Shown here piece by piece: positions 50,025-64,000 of a stretch of 64,000 nucleotides of DNA. The DNA lies in the NCBI RefSeq assembly GCF_036321535.1, contig NC_087436.1:76014001-76078000 (forward strand), read 5' to 3'. How positions within the stretch are numbered: the first letter of the stretch is position 1; the number at the start of each line of letters is the position of its first letter. Both the position numbers and the translations under genes were made by a program. Under the pieces are notes generated by a model. It was not told the origin of the DNA and did not search any database. It saw only the letters and a program-made list of their open reading frames with translations. Source of the stretch: Camelus dromedarius (taxonomy: Eukaryota).

Positions 50025-53000
50025 CATCTTCTAAGCTATTTATCTTATTAGAAGAATAAACGGAGCATATTTAGCTCAGCCTCTGCTGTTTCCTTTAAAT
50101 AAAATATTTAAATATGGCCTAAGTGTCTGTTTGGATTATGATGATGTCAAGGGTAATTTATTTCCTAAACTCAGTGTTAGTTGTATAATCTCAAAATTAT
50201 AAAATCTTGTACTTGATATGAAGCAACTGAATTTTATTTAACAACCAATTTTTAAAAATAATAATTTAGACATCAGTGGGTCCTCTCATGATGACTTCTT
50301 TTCTTTTTCATGGTATTTAAAAGATACAGCTGTTTCCCCCATCCCTGGATAGTGTGGAGTTAAGTATCAGGGACTCTCTTAAGCTTCTTCAAAGCTTTTA
50401 TTTACCTTAAACTATGATTTCAGATGTTTGCAGCATCACTTTGTTCTTACGGTTCTGGTAGGTTGAATGAATCTGACGGGATCATTTTCCATCTTGTTCT
50501 TCATTCTAATTTTAAGCTAAATATAACATTCCTTTAAGTGGTCCAACCCCCACCCCCTTTGATATGCATCAATTTCTTGAGGGACTGAGATTGAGTCTCC
50601 TTTATGCCCTTTCCCTTTTGTAGCCTTGCCCATAGTAGCTGATCAGTTCTCTCTGTGGAGTGAGTTCTTCTTCTCAATTTGTTAAGGGAGCAATAGCCTC
50701 TGAAACCGTTTCTTGCAGTGGTTCGTTAGTACAGAAGAAGAAAATGGGTTGATCTCTAAATCCCCATACTCTTATAGTGAAACAATCTTTTATCAGGCAT
50801 CTGAGAATTTTTAATTTCCTTTACTTAATTATAACTTTGAATATCACGGCACACATCCCTTCCTCCTTAGTCGTTTAAAACTACTAGGGCATTTTATGAA
50901 GGATGGGGAAAAAGTCAGAGACATTTTTCCTTATTTGCTGTAGTTTTTATTAATATTGATGAAACAGCATGAAAAAAGTTGCTTGAAGAGAAAACAAGAA
51001 AGCTGGCACTGGGTTCCAAGAAAATAGAGTTGCCTTCTTGTCAGCATAGAACTCTCCTATTGAGTGAATCTGATGGCTTCAGAAATGAAGAGAGATACTT
51101 CTTGTGGTTTCATTTCCTCTCTCATCTTATCTGTAGAAATCCCAGGTTTCACAATAGAAGCATCCTGGCATATGCTTTCTTTTTCACTGTTTTGATACTG
51201 AAAAAGGAATTCTGCATCGCCTAGCACAATGTTTGCACAGCCTGCCCACGGCTGCAGCTGAGTCTTGAAAGACTTTGCGGGTTATGACATTCCCCTAAAT
51301 GTGCTGAGCTTTCTTTAACCTTTCATAAAACATTGTGATCTTTATGGACTGTATCATATTGTGCAGTAATGTGCTTTATTGTCCACAGAATAAGCTTTTC
51401 TTAAAGATAATTGGAAAGCTGGAAATGGCTGCTATCGGCTGATTTTTTAAAAATACATTATTTCTGAAATGGGGCTGGTGTAATAATGACCCTATCTGTT
51501 CAAGATTTAAGATTTGTCTTGGCAGAGAAAATTGATCCATTTCACCTTTGTCTAATGGAAATTTTTATCTAGGATTATCTGTTTATGTAAATGAATGTTC
51601 CTCGGAAAAGGGAACTTGAGGGGCTGTAAATCTTGGTGACACTTCGGTTTCATAAGGGAGAAATTGGAAAGGATTCTAATATTTATCTGCCTGAAATTGG
51701 TTATAAAAACAAAATTATCTTCATGTACCCGCAGCATCTGATGTTTCCTGGAATTTCATTATATTTTTGAATAATTCAGGGCAATCAGAAGAATGGTGCC
51801 TCTATATTACCTCATGCAGAAGTTGTTTTTACTTTTTCTATTTTCCAGTTGGTTTCTAATGCTGACATTAAAAAGGAAGTGAAACCTTTTGCTTACCCAC
51901 TCTTTCAGGGATGAGGTTTTTTCTGCATAATCTTAATAGTCTTCAGCTATTGTAGGCTCGTTATCTGCAGTTATATGAAAAGTGTTAGCAGAGCAGTCAT
52001 CACTTCGCTTTTTTAAAAGCTAAGGCTTGTGTGAATTCTGATCTGTTGGCCAAATTCTGAGGTTAGTATCAGAATTATTCTACGTTAAACAAAATATTTT
52101 GATTCTTCAAAGTAATTTTTGGACTAAGCTTACTCTGTAATATTTGGAAGTTGTAAGGTGATGGCTTTGAAAAGTCATCAGTGTTATGACAAATTCTTTT
52201 TCCTCAAGTTGAAAGAAAAGAGTAAGATCAACTCATTTAAATGTCTGCCCATCAGAGAAAAATAGAGGGAGGTTAAAATTTTAATTGCATTAATTTTTTC
52301 GAAGAAATGCACTATTTCTTTATAGAGACTACTAACTGTTGTTATCTGGTAGTTGTCAGGATTACACTGTTTTTATATTTCTCTTGTAGCTACTTGCTTG
52401 GAAGTTTTTCTCCTTTAGAAAATATTTGAGTATTTCACCAGGATTTGAAAAAGAAAAATATATTAGTAATGTTGCATTCCAAAGATGACATGAATATAAT
52501 TATTTAGCTAAGTGATGTTAGGACTAAAAATTAGTAAGAAATTTTCTTTTTCCAGTATGAGTCCATTTATAACAAAGGGTAGATAGGCAGCAAGCAGGAG
52601 TAGTGTTTGCTGCTGGGAATATTCTTATAACAAATCATATTTTGACATGCATATTCAAATTAATCATTGCAGCTGCTCTCAGTATTAAATGGACATGCAC
52701 AACAAGTAGGGTACAAAAATCACCTCTGTTTTCCAGGAAATTGAAGGAGAATCTAGCAGCATGCGATAGAGAACAGGGCCCTCGGTTAGGAGTGAGGAGA
52801 GCAGACTGGTTGGCTGGAGACTTGTGTGACTGTGGAAAGGCCACTGCAGCTTTCTAAACGCTAGTTTCCTCATCTTTAAGAGGAAAACTGAGAACACATG
52901 TCAAAATGCAGCTGTGCTGTGAGGAGTCAGAGGAGTGCTTTCTTCCGTGGGGAAGTGTCAGGAGGGACTTCGGTTAACTGTGGGGCTTCTGGGGTGCTGC

Positions 53001-55189
53001 CAGTTTTCTCTTTCTTAAACTGGGCATGGTTTCCGCAGTTGTGTTTACTTTGGGAAGATTCCTCAGGCTGTGTGATGGCCCAGTGATCTGGATGCTTTTC
53101 TGGTTGTATATGTAGTTCAATTAAAGAGTTCCCTCAAATGCCTGCTACTTCACAAGATCACTGGGGGAATTCTATTTGAAAACATTTGAAAAATGATAAT
53201 GTGCATTCCAGTTTTAGATATAAGCTTTTGTGAAAGTGTGCAGCTGTTTTGGTACAGATCACATGTATTGCTTCCATAGACCTCAAACCTGACTTCTTAT
53301 TCATTTATTTTTACTATGTGTTTCATTTTCAGTACCATTATGAAGGTCCAATAAGTTGATTTTCTAATAAACGTTATCTTAGAGCACTGGTCAAGGAAAA
53401 AGGCCCCCAGATACAATCATATGCAGAACCACTGCTGTTATCACAACCTGAGACTGTTTAAATGTTTCCTTCTACCTGGAAGATGCCCTGAACTCCTGAT
53501 CATTCATCCCAGCATCCGCTCAGCAGCTTCTAAGGACATGGATAGAAAGCAAACTTTAATTGCACCTATACTGACTGGCAGGCTACTCACTGTATTTTTT
53601 ACTCAGAGCACTGGATGTTCTCAAATGCTTCTTACTTCCTGCCAGCGTGCCCCACACTTCTTTGGCCTTCACTCCTCTCTCTGTACAGAATGGCCTGGGA
53701 TTGCACTTTGAAGAAGATGCACATGGAACGCTGTCTGCAGGGGTCTGTGTAGGAGAAAGATGTGGGTAGGGCATCAAGGCAGGTGGTACAAATTATTGGG
53801 CCTTTGGCCTGATGATGTTTGGTATCAATCCACATTCTGCTTCATTTTTCTGTTTTCAGCCTTTTCTTCCTGTTAAGGAGTACCCCTGACCCCCTCCACA
53901 CATACACACCCCCTTTTTTTTTTCCCTACTGGAGCAAACTCTCTTGGCAGCCCTGACTATTGACTGTCTCTCTTAGTGTCTAGGTTATTGGTAAAGCTAC
54001 ATTTCCCCAACTGCTGAAGGAGGACCATGTCTCTGTATAGACCCAGAATTCAAGACATGCATTTCCAGGTTGCGGAAAGATGTGGGGCTGGGAGCTGGAA
54101 ATCCTGGGCTCTAGCTTCCTCTATGCTGAAATCCAAGCCACAATACAGAGCGGGTTGAAGCCTGGGTTCCCATCAGGAGCATGGAGATAATAACCACTCT
54201 CTGCCGAATCAGGGTTATTGTCAGGATTTAATGAGAATGCATTCTAAAATATTTTGACAGTGATGAAGTGCTTTGCAGAGTTCAGAAATTAATAAATAGG
54301 TTTTTCATGTTGGATGCAGCCTTTTAAAATATCAAGTTCAACTCCAACCTTCTAATTTTAAAGATGAGAAAAGTGTAACACTATTCAGTTTTTCATATCA
54401 AAGTTAAAAATAGCTCTGTGATCAAAATAGTTATAAAATTGCTATGTTCTAATGACCAGAAACCCTTCATTTAAATATTTAAATTTATAAAAACATCAGG
54501 GATAAATATTTGAATCACTGAAGAATTATTTGCTTTACAAAATATTTCCTTTAAGTAGCAAGCCTTCTCTTCTAGTACTTTAAAAATTATTCCAGTATAT
54601 ATCTCTTGTATGAGGCTAGGTGTAGACATTTAGATTATGAAGAAACAGGAAGTCAGGATGCTTTCCAGGAATGTTCTAGAAATGCCAGACCTTTAGGAGG
54701 CAGATTAAAACGTCATGGTTGTGGTAGAAAGCAGGAAGTGTTTTGGGGACCCAAGAGCAGGACTGGCCTTTGCAGCTAAGCTGGAGTCCCTCAGGACTCT
54801 GCACGGTTTATCTTTATGAGGTACGAGGTGGCCTCGTGCAGAGGAGACAAGAGTTCCTGCAGGAGGCCAACCTGGGGTTGATTCTGGCTTCATTGTTTGT
54901 TAGCTGGGTCACTTTGGGGATATAACTCAGCTTCACTTTCCATAGAAAGAAATACACATAGGGTTGTATTTACTGTCAGAGTTGCAAGCACTCACCAAGA
55001 GGCCTAAGTAAAGAGTCAGCTATCACGTGCAACACAGTGAGTTCCCTTCTGCCTGCTGTGATCTCAGAGTCTCACGTTGAGGTCTGAAGTGGTCCAATAA
55101 ATAATACCACTTCGCCCTGACTGAGGCCCAATTCAGAGCCAATTGCACAGTGATTTTTTAGATATTTTTAGGTTTTTTTTTTTTAGATA

Positions 55190-56140
55190 CTGGTAAACTT
55201 CCCTTCCCATTATGCACTGTTCTTCATTCCCAGCAGTAATGTATCAGAATGTCTGTTTCCCCACAGCCTCGCCAACACATTATGCTGTCAAGCTTTTGAA
55301 TTTTTTTCTCCTTGGTCAGGTGAGAAATATTCAGTGCAGTTTTAATTTTTTAATTTTTCTTTCTTTTTTTATATATAAGTGAAGTTGAACATCTTTTCAC
55401 ATGTTTATGTGTCATCTTTTAATAATTTTTTGTCAGTTGTCTACTTACATATTTTGCTCATTTTTCTATCAGGTTTCTGAGTCTTTCCCTGTTTTTAAGA
55501 GTTCTTTATTTACTAGAGACATTAACTCTTTTCCCACTTTATGTTTGTAACTATTTTCCCCTGATTTTTTTATTTTGCTAATGATATTTTCTTAAACTCA
55601 TATGTAATAAATTTATAATAATAATAATAAATAATCATTATTTTCTTTTATTGAACCTGGATTTTTAAGTCATAGTTAGAAAGTTTTTTCCCACTTACTT
55701 TCTTCTAGTATATGTACAGTTTCTTTCTTTTTTTTTTACATTAGATCTGATTCACTGGAATTCATTTTTGTATATGATGTGAGATATTCTATTTTATCTT
55801 TTTCCAAATATTCTGTAATACCAAAATAATTATTAAAAACTATATCTATGCCCATGATACCTATATTGTATAGTAAATGTCCATGTATATTTGAGTCTGT
55901 TTCTGGATTTTCTATTCTATTCTTCTCGTCTAACTATTCATGTGCCAGAGTCTTCTGTTTTATTTATAGTATGTTTAATATCTCGTATGTCTTCTCCCTA
56001 GATAGCTCTTTTTCCATTACTTTTATAATTATTCTTGCATGCTTATTTTTAAAATATGAACTTTTAATAAACCTGTTTAGTTCTACAAAAAGCCTTTTTG
56101 GCATTTTTTTAAGTATTGCTTTACATTTATCAACTTAAAG
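55190..56140 (-). mobile_element. Old L1M ORF2 3' fragment
   Basis: cattcccagcagtaatgtatcagaatgtctgtttccccacagcctcgccaacac...gttgaacatcttttcacatgttta. Confidence 0.78.
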
Positions 56141-56398
56141 CCGCCTTGAATTTTAACTATTGTTAAATGCCCAGCACCTAGCATGTTGCCAGGCTCATAA
56201 AAGACATTTAACAAATACCTGTTGGATGGACGAATGAATAAATGAACACTTTAATGATTTGCAGGTTTATAATGATTCAAATAATCAGGTCCTTGAATAT
56301 GTTTTATTTTAATTAAAAGTTTAAAAGTAACTTCCTGGGATAAAAGACTCAATCAAAATGTTAACAAGTGTATTCTTCTGTCTTAAAAAAAGGATGAG

Positions 56399-56432
56399 AT
56401 ATGTAGAATTATTAAATATGTAGAATTATTAA
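56399..56432. repeat. 2 x 17-bp tandem duplication (ATATGTAGAATTATTAA)
   Basis: Direct reading of the sequence. Confidence 0.85.
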
Positions 56433-57559
56433 AAAACAACCACTAACTAGCTCCTGTGTCAACTTCGAATGTATTTTAAAAGGCACCCTTTCCTCAAAAA
56501 CTTTGCTATCATTTGATGGAAAATTATCATAATATCTTGGTTTTTTAAAGGATAATTTACTTTGTTATTTAAATAAATATACAAATATATGATCTCTTTC
56601 ATGTGACTAGTTCCCCTTTGTGTTGTGCAGTGCACAACACTCAGAGGCATACAGTGCTGTCCTTTGTGATAGTGTCCTGTGTGATAGTGACACAGATTTG
56701 AAGTAGGGTAATAACATCAGCAATAATAAAAGTATCATTTTTCACCTGAAGATGACAAGACTAAACTCTAGAGGTAGCTACACTGTTCTGAGGTTTTCTC
56801 CTTAAAGGTTTCCATTAGCTTGTCTATACTCTCTCTTATGACATAAGCCCTATACCTTTGCAAGAGAAGGTTTATTTACACCCTTTTTGTGTGTACACAC
56901 AGGCACACAACTCCTTTCATTTTGAGAAATCCTAGCAGGCTTTTTAATCTCTCTGTGCCTCTTTCTCTGCTGAAATGCAGCTGCCTTAGCTATCGAAGAC
57001 AGCAGCCAACTGGCACAAAACAAAAAGTACAACAGTTGGCAGAAGGGAAATTTTGTTAATGACACCAACAATGTGAGTCAGTTTTCTTGTGAAAAACTAC
57101 ACGATTAAATCCTTGATGGAGAAATGGCAGACTTTTCTTTCAGTCATCTCTTAATGTGTTTATTACATATAATTTTTCAACATCAATGATATTTCTTTTT
57201 TGAAAAGAAGGGAGCAGGGGAAACTATCCACCAACAAAAGATAAAAGCTGTAAACATTATTTGCCTAACTTTTTTGTTTGTGTTTATGAGTGTAAGCTAT
57301 TGTCATTTGCAGTGCCAGGTGAGCAATTAAGGATTTCCCTGGATTTATGGGAAGTTTTCCTCACTTACTCGTGATTCTGGGTAGAGTTAAAAGTATCAGA
57401 TTTGAAAGCCAGTGATTGGTGTAGCTACTAGAGCATGTTTCTTTCTTGCATCATAAACTACATGGAAAGAATTAAGGGATCATAATACAGGTGTGCTCAC
57501 TGATGCATTGTTTGGATAAGCTCCCATGAGCTTTCATAAGGCTTCTAACTCAACAAGAG

Positions 57560-57785
57560 ACAGTCTTCCCTGGTAGTTAGAGGCAAAGAGTGTTGTCAGA
57601 TAGACCTGGCTTATGTCTTGGCTCTGCTGAATTATTTTAATAAGTCAATAAGCTAACTTCTCTCAATATTAATTTTCTCATAAATGAAACTGGGATGTGG
57701 ATAAGATAAGAACAATACACCTGTGTTATGAAGGTTAGAATAGGGAATGCTTAGCATTCTGCTGGCTAATATGCGCATTAAGTAA
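57560..57785 (+). mobile_element. MIR SINE (decayed)
   Basis: gtcagatagacctggcttatgtcttggctctgct...ttttctcataaatgaaactggga...tgttatgaaggttaga. Confidence 0.6.
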
Positions 57786-58154
57786 GGTAGACCAGGAGGT
57801 CCTTCCCAGTTAGCTATTAATAAATGTGAACTGGTCAAAGAAGAGAAAGTCAACTGAGCAATACAGCTCTTCTAAGTCTACATGTCATCTCAGTTCGACA
57901 AAGAAAGCAGGAGTCTCAAACCTAGTATTCAGTTATTTAGTTGTCTGGAGACAATGGGTCACCACAGGTTTTCAGGATATTTTAGGACTGTCATCCTTGT
58001 GCCTTCCAAAAAGAAGCCATTGATCCTATTGTAAAAATCTCTTGTAAGATGTTTGTGGGAAAGGAAAAAAAAGCATTGGGCAACTTAAGAGGTGTTGAGA
58101 GTCAATAAAAATTATGGAAAAATATTCACTGTTGATAAAGCCATTTTCCTCATA

Positions 58155-58360
58155 GGCAGCACTATCCAATAGAAATTTCTGTGGTAATAGAAGTGCTCTG
58201 TTTCTGTGTAGTCCAGTGCAGTAGCCACAAGCCACATGTGACTATTGGGTCCTTTATGTGTGTCTAGTGTGATGGAAGAACTGAATTTTTAGTATTATTA
58301 AGTGTTAGTTACTTTAAATAACTAAGTGTGGCTAATGGCTATTGTATTGGAGGGCACAGC
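58155..58360. mobile_element. MER3-type hAT-Charlie DNA transposon
   Basis: cactatccaatagaaatttctgtgg...gtagccacaagccacatgtgactattg...gtggctaatggctattgtattggagggcacag. Confidence 0.8.
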
Positions 58361-60594
58361 TTAATGGTATCCAAGCCATAATTGGAAATGTAAATTATTC
58401 TGAAAGGAAACCATCCCTGCAATCAACAGTTTCTAAAGATCAATGGCATGCGATGTACCAAAGATGACTTCCTGCTAGGTACCGTTTGTCTATATCTGCA
58501 GTGTAATTCTTGGGACATGTTTTGCCAGCACTGAGTAAGTATAGGCCTGTAAATTTGCTTTTTGGAAGTGCTGTAGTTCAGTAGGACTGAACGCTCACCT
58601 GACAAGGGCAGCTTGGCTGCAAAACCTTCATTCTCCCCACCCCCACCTCCAAGAGCTGTTATAAACACTGGAAAAAAATTGTGGACCATCTGTAGCTGCA
58701 GATGGGGATTTGTGGACGGTGTACAAGTTACAGTCATGGAATCAGCAGAGATGCCCAAAATATGTCATCCAAATTGACCAGTCAAAATGGTGAGGAGAAC
58801 ATTATCTTGTTCGGATACTCGGTCTCACAAACGCACCATGGTGAATGGGCCCCGCATGGGGCCACAGGCTCATTCTCTCCTCATTCTCTGATAATACTAC
58901 TGCTTTAACTTTAAGCAGTCTGGACTCAGTGACTCGGGGATGGTTTCACTGCCCGGCCATCTGAAGCACCATAAAATGCATTGCTATTGTCATATTCTAC
59001 CATTTGATTTTTCCTGCACAGAACAGGTTGTAAGCAAGGAATCTTTTGACTTGTTGAAGCAATGAGTACTGCAGACAATGGATTATGTTGATTTGATTAT
59101 GCTGGTGAAGTCAATTTTTTTTTTTATTCATCATCCTTGACTTTTTTTGGGGTGGAACCTCTAACACATCATTTTGCCATGTCAAGCTTAAAATCACAAT
59201 GAGGTTAATAGATTAAACTGTTTGAATTTGCTGAGAAGGCCACAATTAAATAGGCGGTTATCAGCGTCAGACCACAAGGGGACACTTAAGGTAACCTGGT
59301 TTACTTGTGAAGCCAATAGCCCCTTTCTCTCAGTCAGCCTAGAATTTTCTACTTCTCTAAGGTTTGATAGATGCATATATTGCATTTAAGATGCATTATA
59401 ATGATATTGAACATGGTCCAGTTTGATCTCATGAACCTAGTAGAATGATCCAATAGAGAAAACCAATGTGGAAGAAGATAAACCAGAGCACCATTAGCCT
59501 GGGTCTTTATTTGAGAATGTCAAGCTTGAGGAAACTCTGATGGGGTGTTTTAGCTTGCAGAAAGTTGTGGAATGTTTGATAAGGCTTTAGTGGGTGGGGG
59601 CTAGCAGAAGTTCAGCTAGTTTCTGGAACATTTGGTTAAGGACAGTTCTCAGAGGAGACAGAATTTATTCCATGGATGATCAATGATTATTGAGCAATTT
59701 GGATTTATCGGGAGGGCTGGAGAGGAAGTGTTAGGGGCCAAGCCCAGGTGCAAGATGGTGGGGAGAAATGGCTGCAGGGGACAAGGATGTGCAAGGAAAT
59801 TTCCATTGTGGAAAGTGTCCAGACTTTCAGTGTCTCTCACAGCAAGTTATTCACTCAAATAGTGTAATAGTGCTTTCCTTCAAGAAAGCAAAGTTAGGCT
59901 GATGAAGACCATAGGTCCATGGATTTCTGTGGACTGAGACAATACATATTCTAAGGTAGGATCTGAACCAAGCATTTGGAGGGCACAGTGGCTGTGACCA
60001 TGTTAGGTGGGAGCACTTATTCCCCACTCCTGTCTCCAGGGAGGAGCTTGATCAGGGGAGCTGTGGATCCCTACTGGCCCCTCTTAACCCCTGGAGAAGG
60101 AGGAGAGCCTGCTTTGACAAGTGAGTTGGGAGAAGAAGCAAACAGCATTGCCCAGACCCTCCCAGGCCTGCACAGAGGGTGCAACCCTGTCAGATCACCT
60201 CGCTTGGCAGTGAACTTGGCAGCACAGCTCCGCCCTGTGCTGGTCCAGGTGCCTGTGTCCAGATATACAAGTCTGATTCAAGGAAGTGCCAGCTAAGTTT
60301 ATGGCTGAAAATCTCACCCATGTTCTACAGCCTGATTTTGCCAGTAATACAATTGATGTTTTGATTTCCATCTGTCTGAATTACACATCTATTTCTCCAT
60401 TAGTTCCAAACTTAGGAGTGGGGAACAGGGTGATTTAATTATTGACCTACCAAAGGTAGGTCAAAGGGCCTAGGAATTCTTGGGATAAGTTTTAACTAAT
60501 ACTGTTGGTACATGGAGAAAAATACATGGGTGTGATCTGGGCCACTCTCTGAATTAATTTCAACCTAAATGGTAATAATAATAATAGTAGTAAT

Positions 60595-60785
60595 AATAAT
60601 CACTGTTATTCATTAAACACTTAATATTTGCCGGGTAATGGCCTAAGCACTTTCTGTATATTATCTCAGTTCTTCCCATAGATCTATTAGGCGTACATGA
60701 TAATGAATCCCATTTTTTTCGGATGAGGAGACTAAAGTTCAGAGAAGTTGTGTAGCTTGCTCAGGATCACACTGCTGTAAGTAGT
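60595..60785 (-). mobile_element. MIR SINE
   Basis: ctaagcactttctgtatattatctca...cccattt...gatgaggagactaaagttcagagaagttgtgtagcttgctcaggatcacac. Confidence 0.78.
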
Positions 60786-61729
60786 CATTAATGCCAAACA
60801 GTTTCTCATACACCTGAGTTCTGCATCTGCCTCCTTGTGCTGGACCAACTCACACCCTCAGTTTTCCCTGGTGACTTAAACAAATGGCCACTCTAGGGTG
60901 TGGCCTTGAAACTGCCTTCACCTTCCTCTTGATTCCCTAACACTTTTATCTTTCTTTTGCTTTGATCTTCCTCTGGTTTTGTACCCAGATTTGGGTAGAT
61001 GCCGCTGATCCCATTCTGTTTTGCTGATCCTCTGAACTCGGCTCATCTCTTTTTACACCTCGGCTTTCCCATGCAGTTTTTTACTTTGCTCATAGCCTTG
61101 ACTTTGTGGTCCCAGTTACACTGGTTATAAATATCAGATACAATTTTAGTTCCTCAGAACTTAGTCTCTCTCTCTTCCTACAAGAGAAATATGACTCAGA
61201 GGGGTTGAAGGAGGAGATTTAGACAGTAAAATCTTCTATATGCAATGCTCAAAACAGCTATGTGATCCTGCGGTCAGAAAAGAATTATTCCTCTGAAATA
61301 GCCTTTCAGTGTCTGCTTTACTACTAAGTGATGGCTTTTTGCATTTTGAAGAAAAATGCCCAGCAGATGATCTCAAGTTGCTGCCAGTATACACAGAAGA
61401 GTAATCAAGGTGAGGCTGAGATTTCTGGGCTCAGAGTTAGGTTCTGGGATAACATAGGGGACACCAAGAACCCAAATCAGGGTATGAGCAGGTTAGACAC
61501 TGTGTCGGCAGGTCCCCAAGAGAAACCATGGTAAGCGTGAGGACAAAGCTTCCGAAAATGTGAAGTCAAAGCCAGCAGGAGCACATGATGGGGAAGATTT
61601 GGGAGGTGGGGAAGGCCCAAGGACTCTTAAAATCTGAGACCCACTTTATCTTGAAGGCACAGCCCTCTCACTATGGAGCCTTGATAACTGGAACTTATTG
61701 TTAATTTTAATCCATTTTGCTCACCTGGG

Positions 61730-62800
61730 CAATTGATGAATATTTGTCGAGTCTTTATTATGTGCACAGCACTTGCAGGGCATAGACAATACACTAGTGA
61801 ACAAACTTTATAAGCTAGAGAAGGAAACAGGGAGATTAGCAGTCATTGTGGGAAGTGCTTGTAGGGCCCTGCTGCAACATCCAGGAGGGGGGCCATCCCA
61901 CCAGCCATCCTTGAGAGGTCAAGGAAAGCTTCCTGGAGGCAGTGCTGTCTAGCCTTGAATTTGCAGGGTGAGTAGGAGTCAGCACAGTTTGGGGAGAGCA
62001 GTAAGAGTATTTCAGGTGACATGCTTGGGAGCCCGAGGACAAGGGAGAGCACGGCACACTGAAATGACCCAAGGACATTCAGAAGAGCACGATCGTAGAG
62101 TGTGATATGGGAACATCGGGAATTGACTCTGGAGAGGTCAGCGGGAATCAGGTCAGCCAGGGCTTGTAGCTCACGTTAAAGGTCCTGGAAGCCATTGACG
62201 GATTTGTGCAGGAGAGTAACCTGGTCAGGTGTTTGTTTTAGAGGGATTTCCAGTCATTGTGGGAAGTGCCTTGTGGGAAATCAGAGAGCAGAGTGGAGAA
62301 ACATAAGTTCAGACACTGGGAAAAACCAGTGTGCAGGCTGTGGGATAGTCAAGGCGAGATGTGACAGTGCTTTGAATGGGCATAGTAGCTGCATAGATGG
62401 AGAAGTGGATGGACTACAGGGATGTTTAGAGGGTAAGATCTGCAGGATTACGTTGTTCATTGGTGGAGGAGTTAAAGGTGAGGGCTAAAGAGGTATTAAG
62501 GATGACTTCTTGGGTGGTACTTGGGCACCCAGGTGGAAGGTACGGCCATTGTCTGAGACAGAGAACATGGGAGGAGGATTGGGTTGCGAGGGGCCTCCGA
62601 TGACTGTCAGTTTAGCCTGGGCCATGTTGAGCATGAGGTGCCTGTGGGAGAAGCAAGTGGTTCTGTCCAGTAAGCAGCTGGATGTATAAGTATAAAAGGT
62701 AGAACTGGCTGGAGAAGGGAGTGTGCAGTCCAGAGCAGGCACATGGCAGCTGAAGCCACAGGAGTGGATAAGATGGACAGCTCGTGTATATGAAGGGACA
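61730..62800 (-). mobile_element. L2 element (long 3' portion)
   Basis: atatttgtcgagtctttattatgtgc...ggtcaaggaaagcttcctggagg...ggaagccattgacggattt...gccatgttgagcatgaggtgcctgtgggag...gcagctggatgtata. Confidence 0.8.
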
Positions 62801-64000
62801 AGACAGTTTTTAGTGACTTCAGTAATGAAAAGCAATATTAGCTGTTTCAATAAAGCTTTAGCGTTTTCTGTGCTTTAGTATGAACAAAAGATTTCTGAAC
62901 TCATTACTTAATGCAGCTGCAACCCATCAGTTTCCTTTATTGCCTCTGGATGGCTGAGGTCTTTTTTGACCATTCCCATTCTGGTAAGAAGGGCCCCTTT
63001 CAAATCTGAGACAAACTAAAAAGTGCTGTGACTAAATTTTATGTTTTATCATCATAAGACAATGATTAGTAAGTATTTATTGGTTCCACCATGGGTGCGG
63101 ATATAAGAGCACTTATCAGGAGGTAGGCTTCTTGCCCTTTGGCTATTAATCTTAAATAGGCACATCCGTCATGGAAACTCTCAGTGAAGATTTATCAGCA
63201 AGAAGATAGAAAATCATGCAATGCAGAGTCATATTTCTCCCCACCTACCCACTCCAATGTCGCAAAGGCTGGCCTTGCCCCAGAATTCAAATGTGCTTCT
63301 GCACAACGGACAGCAATACGTGTGTGGTGTGCTGGTCAAAGTTAAACAACTGGCTCTCTGGGAAAAGGAAAGAAAAAAGGTCTTGATTTTGTAGCATTAC
63401 TGATTTCTGTGCTGTCAACTTTCCTATGTTGGCCAGTGTCAAGCTTCCATCCTGTGCTCCCTGACCACAGAGCTGGGAGGAGATGTTGTAAAACCAGCCC
63501 TTGCCAGCTGGTGAAGGCCTGGAGCCCCACACCCTCTTCATATTTTTGCAGACATTTCAGTCAGCTTCAACCAGGCAGACAGTATTTTGCAAGAGGTATT
63601 ACATTTTGTTATAGTTTCCACAAAAAATAATATTTGATCTTATTTGCTACCAGGTATGTTGGGAGTGGTCCCTGGACAAGTGGCAGGTACTTCCAAGAGA
63701 GTGTATGTGAAATCAAGGAGGATGATAGTTGTGGAAGGAAGGAGGACCGAAAGAGGAGGGACTAAGTATGGAGATCAAGAGACAGGAGGACACTACAGTT
63801 TTTCCCTTGGCTTTGTTCGTAGTGCCTTGCATTGCACCGGTGGGTGGGTGCTGGGGTTGTCCCTCCTCTCAGCGGTGGGTTAACTGTGGCAGGGCTGTGG
63901 AGGCTGCAGAGCAGCAAGGGGCCAGGCTGTTCTGCTGCAGGAACACCTGCCCCACCCTCAGCACATGGTATGCAGCACTCAGAACTCAGGGCATTTGTAC

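Noticed and set aside
1..64000. CRISPR arrays, operons, rRNA or other prokaryote-type systems
   Set aside because: The sequence is intron-containing mammalian DNA; no repeat-spacer arrays or RNA genes were seen.

Overview
Mammalian genomic DNA, very probably a camelid: it carries tRNA-Ala-derived Vic-1-type SINEs and I saw no Alu, B1, Bov-tA or PRE-1. The only protein-coding gene I can support is PAQR3 (progestin and adipoQ receptor 3 / RKTG) on the minus strand. Its coding exons 1-4 lie at 13998-13814, 10566-10404, 4560-4405 and 1604-1407. They total 702 nt (234 codons), have GT-AG junctions and keep one continuous frame; the remaining exons lie left of the window. The promoter is a CpG island at about 13.76-14.40 kb with a full CRE and GC boxes. 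The ~50 kb upstream has no recognisable coding gene. It is filled with L1, L2, MIR, MaLR/ERV LTRs, hAT-type DNA transposons and microsatellites, plus a few repeat-poor stretches. I found no convincing novel multi-gene system. The best leads are regulatory or isoform hypotheses: an MLT1D LTR with a DUX motif, a GT donor and a downstream acceptor; a hairpin/G4 overlap in the PAQR3 promoter; a possible intronic-polyadenylation PAQR3 isoform; a CpG-retaining MLT1A LTR; and a perfect 148-bp tandem duplication. Repeat family names come from recognition by eye, and boundaries without a TSD are approximate.
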